Origin: an uncultured virus (IMG/VR IMGVR_UViG_3300044617_000992)
Taxonomy: Duplodnaviria > Heunggongvirae > Uroviricota > Caudoviricetes
DNA length: 54,970 nt
Strand: one strand, 5' to 3'
IMG/VR virus record: IMGVR_UViG_3300044617_000992
Each line of letters opens with the position of its first letter. Within the stretch, counting starts at the first letter, position 1. Of this stretch, positions 54,090-54,970 are shown piece by piece. The translations under genes and the position numbers were made by a program. The notes beneath the pieces are model-generated. The model made no database searches, had not been told where the DNA came from, and saw only the letters and a program-made list of their open reading frames with translations.

Positions 54090-54970
54090 TTACCTACTAA
54101 TTTCTTCCCAGTCCATAGATGCGTGAATATCTGCACCATTAGCATCAGAGGCACATACGATAGAAAGTTCATAGGGTGTCCCAGTTAGTGCATCTCTTTC
54201 CAACTGGAACTTAAATAATGCCTCCTTGAGAATATCTACTGATGTTGAACCTTGATTGGAACCATATGTATATCCAGATGCTAGTATTCTTCCACCAGTA
54301 TAAGTTCCTCCACCAATCTTATATTCAACAGCACTATCGAGACCAGCATCAGACCAAGTTCCACCATTAGATGTTCCACTTGCTCTTACTTGCCAATTAT
54401 AAGTTGCATTGTTTGTAATACCTAAAATAGAAAGTGCAGTTAGAATTACGATTGCATCTAATCTATTTGGTATTGCTTTAAGACGAATTGATGCGACTGT
54501 ATAATATGTTCCTGCCGTTGTTAAATCAACTGGTGTTTGAACTGGTGTTCCTATTGCTTGTTGCAATCCACGAAGTTCATAACCACCCTCTGAAATTACA
54601 GTGGAACAAACTTGTTTTAATGTGCTCGCACTCGTTGTAATTCCAGTATTTGCAATCTCATATCTCAAAGGTAATGATGCTGTTGTGATATAAGTTGTAT
54701 TGATAAGATTTGCGTGATGGAATGAGTGGCAGTGAATAAACTTACCATCAACTACAAATCCTAGTCTTACCGTTCCAAGTCCCAACCATTCAATATCCAT
54801 CCACATAATTTGTGCTTTGGAAATATCTAATGTGACACCAGATGGATTGAGATGCCCAGGACCAAGCATCGTATCAACATTCCAACTTGCTTGTGATACT
54901 CTTGTTTCTGTTGTAATTCCTGGAACATATGTTCTTTCTACAAAATATAAATTACTTCCATCAAGTTCTA
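54090..54970 (-). CDS. Putative virion structural protein, partial (frame open to the right edge)
   Basis: In-frame extension ELDGSNLYFVERT... beyond 54869; DIEWLGLGTVRLGF, LPLRYEI, CSTVISEGG. Confidence 0.7.
   Translation of the reverse strand, partial: ELDGSNLYFVERTYVPGITTETRVSQASWNVDTMLGPGHLNPSGVTLDISKAQIMWMDIEWLGLGTVRLGFVVDGKFIHCHSFHHANLINTTYITTASLPLRYEIANTGITTSASTLKQVCSTVISEGGYELRGLQQAIGTPVQTPVDLTTAGTYYTVASIRLKAIPNRLDAIVILTALSILGITNNATYNWQVRASGTSNGGTWSDAGLDSAVEYKIGGGTYTGGRILASGYTYGSNQGSTSVDILKEALFKFQLERDALTGTPYELSIVCASDANGADIHASMDWEEISR

Noticed and set aside
1..54970. CRISPR array, integrase/att sites, stop-codon reassignment or host chromosomal origin
   Set aside because: No regularly spaced repeats or recombinase seen; TAA, TGA and TAG all end genes; host-like genes are interspersed with phage ORFs and T4-type late promoters

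Overview
AT-rich 55-kb segment of a T4-like cyanomyovirus (probably infecting freshwater picocyanobacteria); almost all genes are on the minus strand. The right half (24-55 kb) is the T4-like core: gp21, gp22, gp23, gp3, uvsY, uvsW, gp55, gp47, gp46, gp45, gp44, gp62, regA, hsp20, gp43, uvsX, gp41, mazG, gp61, nrdA and nrdB. The left half is accessory: two glycan-modification clusters (GT11 x2, GT6, GT25-like x3, FkbM methyltransferases, sugar epimerases), host-derived genes (psbA, two hli, petF, peroxiredoxin, an SLH-domain porin), peptidoglycan enzymes (GH24 lysozyme, L,D-transpeptidase, RlpA) and two tRNAs. psbA is split by a 204-nt ORF-less group I intron between codons 334 and 335, which the ORF track misses. 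The most interesting unannotated signals are non-coding: a promoter-to-terminator structured small RNA between regA and hsp20 (possibly an abiF-type antitoxin-like RNA), a ROSE-like thermometer before hsp20, late promoters embedded in terminator hairpins ahead of the lysis cassette and an orphan nuclease, HLR1-like boxes at psbA and hli, a structured rlpA leader, and two promoters sharing a downstream motif. All family assignments come from motif recognition by eye; no searches were run.
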